32,654 bases of DNA, from NCBI GenBank assembly GCA_043813875.1, contig JBDRKP010000075.1:1-32654 (forward strand), read 5' to 3'. The stretch comes from an archaeon. Its GTDB lineage: Archaea; EX4484-52; B79-G9. The first letter of the stretch is position 1; each line of letters opens with the position of its first letter. This document shows positions 23,957 through 32,654 of this stretch, piece after piece. The notes below the pieces were generated by a model. The model was given only the letters and a program-made list of their open reading frames with translations. It was not told where the DNA came from and searched no databases. Position numbers and translations under genes: made by a program.

Positions 23957-26900
23957 ATGAGGAAAATCATAATATCATTCATTTTATTTTTGCTGCTTAT
24001 TGGTGTAGTCCCGGCATATTCTCAATATTATGGCCCAAGAGCTGTCTTGACAGAAACCATAACAGCAGGATATAATACCCCCGGCAACGCAGCAAGTGGC
24101 AGTCTCACATCATTGACAAATGTGGGTTATATCTACGTCTATGTCCCGAACACAGACGATGTCCTTCAATATGTCCGGTTGAATCTATCCTCTTCAGCCA
24201 CGACAAATACAAACATCAGGAACTGGAACGGCTCCCTCACAGCATACCGCGACTACGCGATGTCAAATCCTGCGCTTTCAACACCAACCAAGATGTATAT
24301 GAACACAACTGCAGGAAACCAGTTAGATCAATATGCTACTAATCTCAGTTTTGCTCCATCCCTCAACATCTCCATGAGCGTCACTAACACTCGTGCAGGC
24401 GACGACCTGTATTCTGAGAACGACATAAAAAGCGCCACAAACATTCTCAGGTTCAACTTCACGATAAAAAACCCGTCATCAAACAAGAACATCGTCGGCA
24501 CCAATATAACATATAACATTACATTCAACACTACTGGTTCTGGTTTTAATTCCTCCGTATGTGTATTATCATCAACAATTAGCCAGACCGCAGGAACAGC
24601 ATCTCCACGGCTGAGAGGCAGCGGTTGTACTTATGACGCCATCGAATGGCAGGGCACATTGAATGCAGGAGCCCAGGTGAGTATCATATTCAACGCAACT
24701 TCATTGGGCGGGAACAATTATCTAGGGACAGAAAACAACCTCAATGATGACTCAATCGGCGCAAACGCATCATATTTCAACAACACGCACGTCATATCAG
24801 AGATCACTTTCACTGGGCGGTTCGCAAGAGGTCCTGTAAGGGAAGGTATAGACCTCATGAAAGGTACTCCATGGCGTGTGAAATCATACATAAAAAATAT
24901 GGGTAACGAATCTGTTTCAGCAAACGAATTCAACCTCACATACAACATAAGCGCATGGCGCATCTACAACGTCACCGCCTCAACCGGTGCGATATTATCT
25001 GAAATCGCTAGCAACAACAACCTGAACTATGTACTTGGCGCAGACAGGGAATACAAGATACCTGATTGGATAAATACGCTGGACACAAAACCATATATCG
25101 CTCCATACTTCGACTGGTACGTCATCTGGAACAGCACCAACACATACACCTACAGCGGGTCGATAATCTCGACAATGGCCCTTCCGACCCTGTACGAAAT
25201 CGACGACAATCCGACAAAAGTTATAGATGGCACATTCGCACCGGAGGTATACAGTGACACCCAGAAGCTGGTAAGCTATAACGTCACCGCACTGCATACA
25301 GGAAATAGCAACAGTCAGGTAAAAGTAGGCAAGCTCCAGATATATTCCGTCATTCCAAACAAAGACGTAGGTGGCGGCGGTTATGCTAACATGACAATAA
25401 AGAATTATGAAGTTTATTATAAGAACACGACTGGAGTATATAATCTGACAATTGATACCAACGTGAAGGTAACAGTGAGCCAATCAACAACCTCTTCAAA
25501 CGGCACTATTATTCTTGACCTCGCAGACCTTTCAAGTGCTGATAGATATGGCGCAGCTGGCAATGTGGGTCTTAATATGACCCAAGGCGAGTCGATTGTC
25601 TTGCACTACGAGCTCTGGGCATACGAAAACAGTACCGGCAGTCTGACATCAGGTATCGACAACAACGAAGTCTTCTTTTTTGGCGGCAACCAGACATTAT
25701 ACACACAGTCAGGCACGTATCTGGTCGTCAATAACACCGACACACAGACCGCATCACAGAACAGTCTGTCTGCATACAAGGAACTGATCAGCTACAATCC
25801 ATCCACCCCGCAGCTTGTGAATGTTACAATACAGCTTAACATCACCGGTACAATAGATAACATCAAGTTGATAGACTATATCCCGACAGGCATGAGCAAT
25901 TACACAAAAGTCTTTATGAGTTCCACGACATTGTCTGCAGTCTACAACCGCACAAAGCTTGGGACAATAACGACAAGCGATGGTATCAGCATGGATGCAT
26001 GGGAAATCACAAACGCGACGGCAGTCACCGGTTGGAATATCACCAATGGCGATCTGCGCTTCACATACCAACTGAACCTTTCGACACCCGGTCTCTACAT
26101 CCTTCCCGTCCAGATAGCGGCATTCGACCCAGGTGTAGACAGCGGTATTTCATTGACAAGATACGGCTCAATAAAATACACGCTCCCTGAAAAGACACTC
26201 GCGCTAGTGATTGATGAAGACGGCAACCTCCAGTTATTCCAATCAGTAATCGTCGGCAAACCCGCATCATGGAGAGAATCATTCAACATATACAATCCGA
26301 ACTCAAAACCAGTTAAATCTCAGTTCAAGACAGAAGTCTTCAAAGATACAGTCGAATCCTACGCAAGTTACTACGATGATTACGGCAAAAAGATAGAAGA
26401 AAGTGTCGACACAGACATAATCGACAACAAGAAATACATCTTCTGGGAAACCACATTAAATCCCCAGGAATCAAGATCATATGAAATCAGGGTATTGACT
26501 CCTCCTGTAGTCGAAGTAGACCGCGACATAGAGATTTTGGAAAAGCTTGAAGACAAGCACGTAAAGCTGAAAGCAGACATCGTAATCAAGAACTTTGCAG
26601 AAGAGCCGTACTCAAATCTGAAACTGAACTTAAACATCCCGAAAGACAACATCTTTGAACTGAAAGACGCATTCGGCAATCCTCTCACATACACCGGTGA
26701 TGGATCCAGTACAACAGTAACAATATCACGCCTCGATGCGAACAATGTCATGACTATCACAATCACATACAAGCAGAGCTATCCGACAGTAATAATAACA
26801 CCCGACAGGACAAGATACGATTCAGGCGAGATAGCTAACCTTGAGATACTCATAATCAACGGCGGCGAAAAAATAGAGAATCCATCACTAGAGACCGAGA

Positions 26901-27208
26901 TATACACCGAAGACATGGACATGGTATATGCCGACATAATACGTCTGGAAAAAGCCTTGAAGCCTCTCGAAAAGACAGAATTGTCAACCAAATTCCTCGT
27001 ACCAGTAAACGCACCCACAGGAAAATACATAGCAAACGTAAGATTCAGCGAAGATATGACAGCAATCACAGAATCATCAATAAACTTTTATGTGCTTGGA
27101 ATAAAAGGCGATGAGTCAAGCAGCATAAAGGTGCTGATACTAGTCCTCTTGGGTGCAGTCCTCATATATTTTGCATACAAGCGGCTGATTCGTGTAAGCA
27201 ACAAATAA
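23957..27208 (+). CDS. Large secreted, C-terminally anchored surface glycoprotein (S-layer/adhesin-like, tandem beta-sandwich domains)
   Basis: ATG 23957 after GGAGG. Signal peptide MRKIIISFILFLLLIGVVPAYS, N/T/S-rich with many NxS/T sequons, C-terminal TM VLILVLLGAVLIYFAY plus basic tail. Confidence 0.88.
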   Translation: MRKIIISFILFLLLIGVVPAYSQYYGPRAVLTETITAGYNTPGNAASGSLTSLTNVGYIYVYVPNTDDVLQYVRLNLSSSATTNTNIRNWNGSLTAYRDYAMSNPALSTPTKMYMNTTAGNQLDQYATNLSFAPSLNISMSVTNTRAGDDLYSENDIKSATNILRFNFTIKNPSSNKNIVGTNITYNITFNTTGSGFNSSVCVLSSTISQTAGTASPRLRGSGCTYDAIEWQGTLNAGAQVSIIFNATSLGGNNYLGTENNLNDDSIGANASYFNNTHVISEITFTGRFARGPVREGIDLMKGTPWRVKSYIKNMGNESVSANEFNLTYNISAWRIYNVTASTGAILSEIASNNNLNYVLGADREYKIPDWINTLDTKPYIAPYFDWYVIWNSTNTYTYSGSIISTMALPTLYEIDDNPTKVIDGTFAPEVYSDTQKLVSYNVTALHTGNSNSQVKVGKLQIYSVIPNKDVGGGGYANMTIKNYEVYYKNTTGVYNLTIDTNVKVTVSQSTTSSNGTIILDLADLSSADRYGAAGNVGLNMTQGESIVLHYELWAYENSTGSLTSGIDNNEVFFFGGNQTLYTQSGTYLVVNNTDTQTASQNSLSAYKELISYNPSTPQLVNVTIQLNITGTIDNIKLIDYIPTGMSNYTKVFMSSTTLSAVYNRTKLGTITTSDGISMDAWEITNATAVTGWNITNGDLRFTYQLNLSTPGLYILPVQIAAFDPGVDSGISLTRYGSIKYTLPEKTLALVIDEDGNLQLFQSVIVGKPASWRESFNIYNPNSKPVKSQFKTEVFKDTVESYASYYDDYGKKIEESVDTDIIDNKKYIFWETTLNPQESRSYEIRVLTPPVVEVDRDIEILEKLEDKHVKLKADIVIKNFAEEPYSNLKLNLNIPKDNIFELKDAFGNPLTYTGDGSSTTVTISRLDANNVMTITITYKQSYPTVIITPDRTRYDSGEIANLEILIINGGEKIENPSLETEIYTEDMDMVYADIIRLEKALKPLEKTELSTKFLVPVNAPTGKYIANVRFSEDMTAITESSINFYVLGIKGDESSSIKVLILVLLGAVLIYFAYKRLIRVSNK

Positions 27209-27223
27209 TCAAAGGTATATCTC

Positions 27224-27430
27224 ATGGAAATCTTTGGAATATCAATTGAATTGCTGAATGTAATATTTTACTTTTGCGTAGTTCTGGTACTATATTTTAT
27301 CGTATTAGAATTTGAATTCAGGGAAATCAGGAGTTTGACCAAAGGTCTGGACAGTGAAGAGATGCAGTTTGAAAAAGAGGTACGGGAATTAAGAGAGGAA
27401 ATAGCCCGCCTTACAAAGATTGTGACATGA
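27224..27430 (+). CDS. Small N-terminal TM plus coiled-coil protein
   Basis: 68 aa; TM then EFREIRSL...FEKEVRELREEIARL; paralogous to 27438..27851. Confidence 0.75.
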   Translation: MEIFGISIELLNVIFYFCVVLVLYFIVLEFEFREIRSLTKGLDSEEMQFEKEVRELREEIARLTKIVT

Positions 27431-27437
27431 TGATATT

Positions 27438-27851
27438 ATGTATGTACCGATACTGAATTATTTCATAGACGTTGAAGAGGCAATAGTAGTTTTATGCATT
27501 GTTATTGTTGCCTATCTCGCCGTCATGCACATCGAATTCAAACAATTGAAAATCATATCGAAAAAGTTTTCAAAAGAAGATGACGATTTTGCAAAATGCA
27601 TCCGTGAATTAAAAAATGATGTAAGCGCCCTTAATGACCTTGTAAGGACCAAAGAGATCAGAACAATATCATCTCATGTATCCGGTAATGTTGCCCGCCA
27701 AAAAGTGAAAGGATCAAAAGACAAAGAATCCCGGGAAGATAAATCTAATGCATCCCCTGCCCCGGACGGATCTGAAGATTTAGGCAGAGAAAACAATGGA
27801 TCCTCTGTTAAGGATACCAAATCCTTGAAAGACATGCTTGATAAAGTCTGA
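27438..27851 (+). CDS. N-terminal TM plus coiled-coil protein with charged tail
   Basis: 137 aa; C.V.V.Y..V...EF......K....E...F.K..REL......L pattern shared with 27224..27430. Confidence 0.78.
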   Translation: MYVPILNYFIDVEEAIVVLCIVIVAYLAVMHIEFKQLKIISKKFSKEDDDFAKCIRELKNDVSALNDLVRTKEIRTISSHVSGNVARQKVKGSKDKESREDKSNASPAPDGSEDLGRENNGSSVKDTKSLKDMLDKV

Positions 27852-28089
27852 TTCGTGCCTTTCTCATCTCCGCTATTGGCATCTTTTCTATCATTCTATC
27901 AATAGATATGCCACATGCCACCAAATTTTCTGAATTGATTCTCATATAAACATATAAACAACATTCACCAAATATTTGAAGTATGGTGAGGTAATAATAT
28001 GGCTCTATAATATATGATTTTGAATATTTCATATATCCTATTTTCCATACATTGCCTCATGATTTATAATCACGCTCAATGTGAATCTG

Positions 28090-31000
28090 ATGTCAAAACG
28101 AATAAAGCATCTCAATAGGTTGAACTCTATAGTGCTATTCCTCTTCATACTTATCGCGATTTCGGCCTTTGTCATTGGCATAACAGGCAACGAGCCTGTT
28201 TTTTCAGAGCAGACTTCATTCTCACTTGATTTAGACGCTCCGCTCTTCAACTACACCCAGACCAGATTCAACGATTCAGGCGAATCACCCCAAATAAATT
28301 TTAGCAGTGCCGAAAACAAGACAATCTGGTTTATTCTTCCAAAAAACTCCATAATCACAAAGGCAGAATTCAATCTCACAGGTATCATCAAGCCGTACAC
28401 TCGCTGTATAAATAATCATGGAGATCCGGATTACAATTCTTGTAGCGGTATCACATCGATATCTGACGTCGAGATCGGAAGCCTCACATCGAATCCTGGC
28501 ACTTTGAAAATGGGTTTTACTTCGATTTATGGCGCAAGCAATATCATGACAATATTCCTGACAAATAGTACTGGAGATGTTTTGTGGGCAAAAGATGAGT
28601 CTGCCACTCCTTATAGAACAAATGACGGTGTGATTGGCGATTTTGTTTCAGATTCCGACAATGAATTCATAGTTGGCGGTTCATCAGACGGCATAAGAGC
28701 ATTTAATTCATCCGGCATCTTGATATGGAACTATAATGTTGCCGGAGAAGTATCCTCGATTGCGCTTGGCAACATTTCAGGGGGTTCTAAAAAAGATTTG
28801 GTCTACGGTTACAATAATAAGATCTGGGTTATAAATTCAAGCGCTTATACGCGCTGTAGCAGTATCTCTCTGGGACAAAAAATCAATTCGATAGTCGTTT
28901 CAGACATCAATGATGATTCTTTTGAAGAAATAATTGCAGGTACCGATAATTATCAGATATATGCATTTGATACGAATTGTCAGGAGATATGGAATTATTC
29001 CACTGTCAATTATCGTGTGAAATCCATTGCTATAGGTAATCTATCAGCAGATAGCGGCAATGAGATTGTTATGGGAACATACGATAATAGTTCAAATATC
29101 GGCAAATACTATCTCCTGAATTCATCGGGCAGTATGATCTGGAATACATCTTATTCAGACGAAATTTATTCTGTCAAGATCGGCGAGTTTGACTATCAGA
29201 TGCCCGGCCCTGAAATTATCGGTGGCGGTAGAGATGACTACGTGCATATATTGGATAAAAATGGGAACATATACTGGCGATATCTCGCAAGGGCTGATGT
29301 CAATGCATTCGCTATCGACAACATATCAGAAGACACGGGTTTCAATACCAATGAACTTGTGGTCGGCACTGGTCCAAATTCTGGTAGCGGCAACTATAAC
29401 TTACTGATCCTGAACTTCGACAACTTCCCGACAAACATAACCTTGGACATCGGAAACGACGGCACAAAAGAATGGAACTACACAGAAGGCGACGGCAGAC
29501 TAAGGAACTCCACGCTTGCGAACAACTCAGAACTCCTTGCAGCGATAACCGCCTACATGGAAAGCAACTGCACAGGACGTCTCTGCACAATCCCGGTAAC
29601 ATTCAGCTCAGATGTCAAGGGCATCCTTGAGGTCCGCCTGAACATCACCTACACATACAACGCCACAGAAGACATAAACTACACCGACATAAAATACTGG
29701 ACCAGGACAGAAAACATTGTTGTGAACGAATCGATAATCGCCCGCGCAAAAAACATCACATTCACCGGCCCGGCAATAAACATCACAGTAAAATACATCC
29801 GCATTAACGACACCGCAATCCAGTGCGGCTTTGACGGCACAAACTACACAAACGCGACCATCGGCAGCATCAATTACTGCAACATCTCATCACGCAATCC
29901 GGTATTCATCTCAACGCCAAACGTAAACACAAGCAGGATCCTATGGGACGACCGGATGCAAAAAGAAGTGCCTGTGAGGATGTACTCAACCGTCTCATAT
30001 TTCACTGAAGGTATGGAAAACTACTTCTGGCGAAAAAACATAACAATAGAAAGCAACAACACCTATACGGCCCAGTCATTCGTGAACATAACAGCAAACA
30101 TCACCCTGAACGATTCATCAGATGCAGTAAGAGGAAATGAGTACTTAAACGTCACCTGGCAGGGCAGCACATGCAACATCATCCCTCCCTCTCCACAATC
30201 GACATGCGACACAGAACCGCCACAGACACCCATGGCATGCAACACAAGCATCTTCTATGTCTGCAAAAAAGACACGAACTCAAACGGCGTCTTCGACTTC
30301 ATCAAATGGATACACCCGATACTCAGCGCAATACAGGCAGTATTCTACCAGGCAGGCGGCGCATCCAACTTAGAGCCCATACTATCGAATGCCAACGTCT
30401 CGCCACAATCAGCCACCTGGAAATCCTACTTCAACTATTCCATATACGTAAACGACACAGAGAACGACCTTGTAAATGTATCCCTTATCACATATTCCGA
30501 CTTATTAGGCGCCTGGATATACCGTGACTCAAAAAACATTACAGGAAACGGCACAGCATGGTTCAACCTCTCGCTTGAAAAAGAAATGACAGGCACACAG
30601 AACAGATACCGCTTCGCATTCCAGGACTTCAACAAATCATGGTCATCCCCCATACACAAATCAAACTTTACCCCAAACTACACAGGCCCCAACGTGACAA
30701 GACACGACATAATAATTACAGAAATCTCAGGCGACAACAGCGACGCCATAAGAGACACAAACAACACCGTGCTTGTGGTCAGGATAAACGACACGACCTT
30801 AAACGAGTTCATAAACGAGACCGATGTCTCATGCACATTCAACATAACATACGACGGGACAAACTACAAGGGAGGATATATAACAAAAGTGAACGAGACC
30901 GGATACTGTACCTACTCCTTCACACCGGACAGCACATACGGTATCGGCGCTCAGACCTGGATGGCAACAGTAGACCCGGGATATTACTTTGCGCCATCCC

Positions 31001-32654
31001 CGCAGGTGAACTGGACATTAAACGTCATCGGGAAACTGAACCTAACGCTCACAGAGCCCGCGCAAGACCAGGTAGTCACAAGAAACACACAGATGAACAT
31101 GACCGCCCACCTGATAGACCAATACGGTCTGGACATAAATTCCTCATCGATAAACGTCTCAGAATACAACTGTAGCTGGTACTTCAACAACACATTCATC
31201 GGGACCACAGCGATGCAATCCGGCGGCTATTGTAACAACACCTACATCCCCGGCTGCATATATGCGCAACTGACAAACTATGATGTCGAAGTGAAGCTCA
31301 ACTACACAAAAAATCCCGCAAACTACACCATCATGAAGAACGCATCAAAGACACAGATACGCCTATTCGACACTCTCTCGATTACCATCGATTCACCGGT
31401 TAACGCAAGCGGCTACTTCAAAGGCGAAACCGTTACATTGAACTCCACAATAAATGACACCTGTGGCACAACCTCAACAAACAGTCCGGGCATATCATGG
31501 TACAAGAATGTTGATATAATAAGAATCTATATAAACGAAACCCACGGATTTCCACAGAACAACACGCCCATCATCATAACCGGCTCCACACTGGAAACAT
31601 CAGGCGCAGACCTTGCAGGCTGGCAGGTAAACTCGACAAGAATCACAGGCATCAACGGCACAATTCCAAACATAGTATTCGAGACCGCCGCCGGCTACCT
31701 GGACACCACATCAAAAATAGTGTTCCTGGTGAACCTCACAGCATACTCAAACAACACATACTATCTCACCCATAACGAATCCCAGGTCTCTGGAGCATAC
31801 ACCACTTCATACATCCTGAACGGCGGCTTTGAAGGCGCAACATTAACCCCCTGGACCGGCGACGGGGTCATAGAAAGTGATGGCGGCGAACAGAAAGGCA
31901 ATAATTCATTGAAACTCTCCGTCTTTTCCAGCGAAGAAGAAACAGACACCATAACACAGGCATTTTATCCGCTGACCACAAAGAACATAAAATTATGGTA
32001 TAAGCAGAAAGGAAAATATGATACCGCGCCAAACACCTATGTGAACATAACAATCGGCAGCTATATCTGTAAACTGCCTCTCGTATACAACACGAGCGCA
32101 GACTACAACGGTTCGTGGAGCACCTTCACCTGCAACGACACATCAATAATCGGTTCAGAAAACCTTACGATAACATTATACACCGACACAATCACAAGCA
32201 CAGTAGATCTCTACATAGACCACCTCTGTCCATCAGACGACAACGGAAACTGCATATCAGAAGATTACGGTCTCTCCCCGGTCATCACCACAGTAGCCCG
32301 CGAACAGATAAACACAACCACAACCGAAGACACATTCTGGACAATCCCGCTTACACATAGCTTAGGAACACGAAAAATAACAGCCGAAGCGACAGGCGCC
32401 TATTACGCCACATCATCAAACACGACAAATATCGACATCTACGGCCACAGCAGCGTTTCCACATTCGGCTATTCATCAGCTGGCTGCACTCAAAAGCACT
32501 GCTTCGCCGGCTCAACAATAGACCTCACATGCAAAGTGATAGACAAGAACACGACATCGCCGATATATGACTATAATGTGAGCTTCTATGACGGCATAGA
32601 TTTGCTGAATGCGAACGGTAGCTTCACGACTCCTGCCGGGATAGCGACATATTC
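28090..32654 (+). CDS. Giant secreted surface protein/adhesin (>1500 aa, truncated by window end; not in ORF track)
   Basis: Frame 1 was hand-translated with no stop from ATG 28090 to the end. It has an N-terminal hydrophobic signal (IVLFLFILIAISAFVIGI), FG-GAP/PQQ-like propeller repeats (e.g. SDINDDSFEEIIAG, G..IWNY) at ~28450-29400, Ig-like domains with dense NxS/T sequons, a DUF2341-like segment at ~31500-31790 and an NGGFE..W carbohydrate-binding-like domain from ~31815. Confidence 0.9.
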   Translation, partial: MSKRIKHLNRLNSIVLFLFILIAISAFVIGITGNEPVFSEQTSFSLDLDAPLFNYTQTRFNDSGESPQINFSSAENKTIWFILPKNSIITKAEFNLTGIIKPYTRCINNHGDPDYNSCSGITSISDVEIGSLTSNPGTLKMGFTSIYGASNIMTIFLTNSTGDVLWAKDESATPYRTNDGVIGDFVSDSDNEFIVGGSSDGIRAFNSSGILIWNYNVAGEVSSIALGNISGGSKKDLVYGYNNKIWVINSSAYTRCSSISLGQKINSIVVSDINDDSFEEIIAGTDNYQIYAFDTNCQEIWNYSTVNYRVKSIAIGNLSADSGNEIVMGTYDNSSNIGKYYLLNSSGSMIWNTSYSDEIYSVKIGEFDYQMPGPEIIGGGRDDYVHILDKNGNIYWRYLARADVNAFAIDNISEDTGFNTNELVVGTGPNSGSGNYNLLILNFDNFPTNITLDIGNDGTKEWNYTEGDGRLRNSTLANNSELLAAITAYMESNCTGRLCTIPVTFSSDVKGILEVRLNITYTYNATEDINYTDIKYWTRTENIVVNESIIARAKNITFTGPAINITVKYIRINDTAIQCGFDGTNYTNATIGSINYCNISSRNPVFISTPNVNTSRILWDDRMQKEVPVRMYSTVSYFTEGMENYFWRKNITIESNNTYTAQSFVNITANITLNDSSDAVRGNEYLNVTWQGSTCNIIPPSPQSTCDTEPPQTPMACNTSIFYVCKKDTNSNGVFDFIKWIHPILSAIQAVFYQAGGASNLEPILSNANVSPQSATWKSYFNYSIYVNDTENDLVNVSLITYSDLLGAWIYRDSKNITGNGTAWFNLSLEKEMTGTQNRYRFAFQDFNKSWSSPIHKSNFTPNYTGPNVTRHDIIITEISGDNSDAIRDTNNTVLVVRINDTTLNEFINETDVSCTFNITYDGTNYKGGYITKVNETGYCTYSFTPDSTYGIGAQTWMATVDPGYYFAPSPQVNWTLNVIGKLNLTLTEPAQDQVVTRNTQMNMTAHLIDQYGLDINSSSINVSEYNCSWYFNNTFIGTTAMQSGGYCNNTYIPGCIYAQLTNYDVEVKLNYTKNPANYTIMKNASKTQIRLFDTLSITIDSPVNASGYFKGETVTLNSTINDTCGTTSTNSPGISWYKNVDIIRIYINETHGFPQNNTPIIITGSTLETSGADLAGWQVNSTRITGINGTIPNIVFETAAGYLDTTSKIVFLVNLTAYSNNTYYLTHNESQVSGAYTTSYILNGGFEGATLTPWTGDGVIESDGGEQKGNNSLKLSVFSSEEETDTITQAFYPLTTKNIKLWYKQKGKYDTAPNTYVNITIGSYICKLPLVYNTSADYNGSWSTFTCNDTSIIGSENLTITLYTDTITSTVDLYIDHLCPSDDNGNCISEDYGLSPVITTVAREQINTTTTEDTFWTIPLTHSLGTRKITAEATGAYYATSSNTTNIDIYGHSSVSTFGYSSAGCTQKHCFAGSTIDLTCKVIDKNTTSPIYDYNVSFYDGIDLLNANGSFTTPAGIATY

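Noticed and set aside
29400..32654. AAC-rich sequence as a diversity-generating retroelement template or target
   Set aside because: No reverse transcriptase and no TR/VR pair differing at adenines in the window. AAC richness is explained by Asn sequons and C-ending codon bias.

Overview
Archaeal chromosomal segment (TBP, CCA-less tRNA-Ala, archaeal FAD synthetase, HAS-barrel HerA, GGTGAT-type RBS, class III signal peptides). The gene content suggests a DPANN/Nanobdellati lineage, which is an inference. The window has four parts. (1) 0.2-3.7 kb: two paralogous polytopic membrane-protein genes bracket an oppositely oriented AAA_14/DUF4143 ATPase plus radical SAM pair. (2) 3.8-17.0 kb, minus strand: a ~13 kb cell-surface locus with 11 genes carrying class III (type IV pilin-like) signal peptides, nine of which fall into four paralog families. 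It also holds a secreted Cys/Asp-repeat HEXXHXXGXXH metalloprotease with a membrane-anchored partner, two coiled-coil proteins, a Zn-ribbon membrane protein and an interspersed ribL. No pilus ATPase, platform protein or prepilin peptidase is visible in the window. (3) 17.1-23.7 kb: a stand-alone HerA-like ATPase, a 49-aa Zn-ribbon ORF absent from the ORF track, TBP, a metallophosphoesterase, an RsmB/NOP2 m5C methyltransferase, a NIP7/PUA-like protein and tRNA-Ala(GGC). (4) 23.9 kb to the end: a ~1080-aa membrane-anchored surface protein, two small TM plus coiled-coil paralogs, and a >1500-aa surface protein absent from the ORF track. That last protein runs off the window, and its beta-propeller segment has sharply different codon usage. 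All calls come from reading the sequence; no searches were run.
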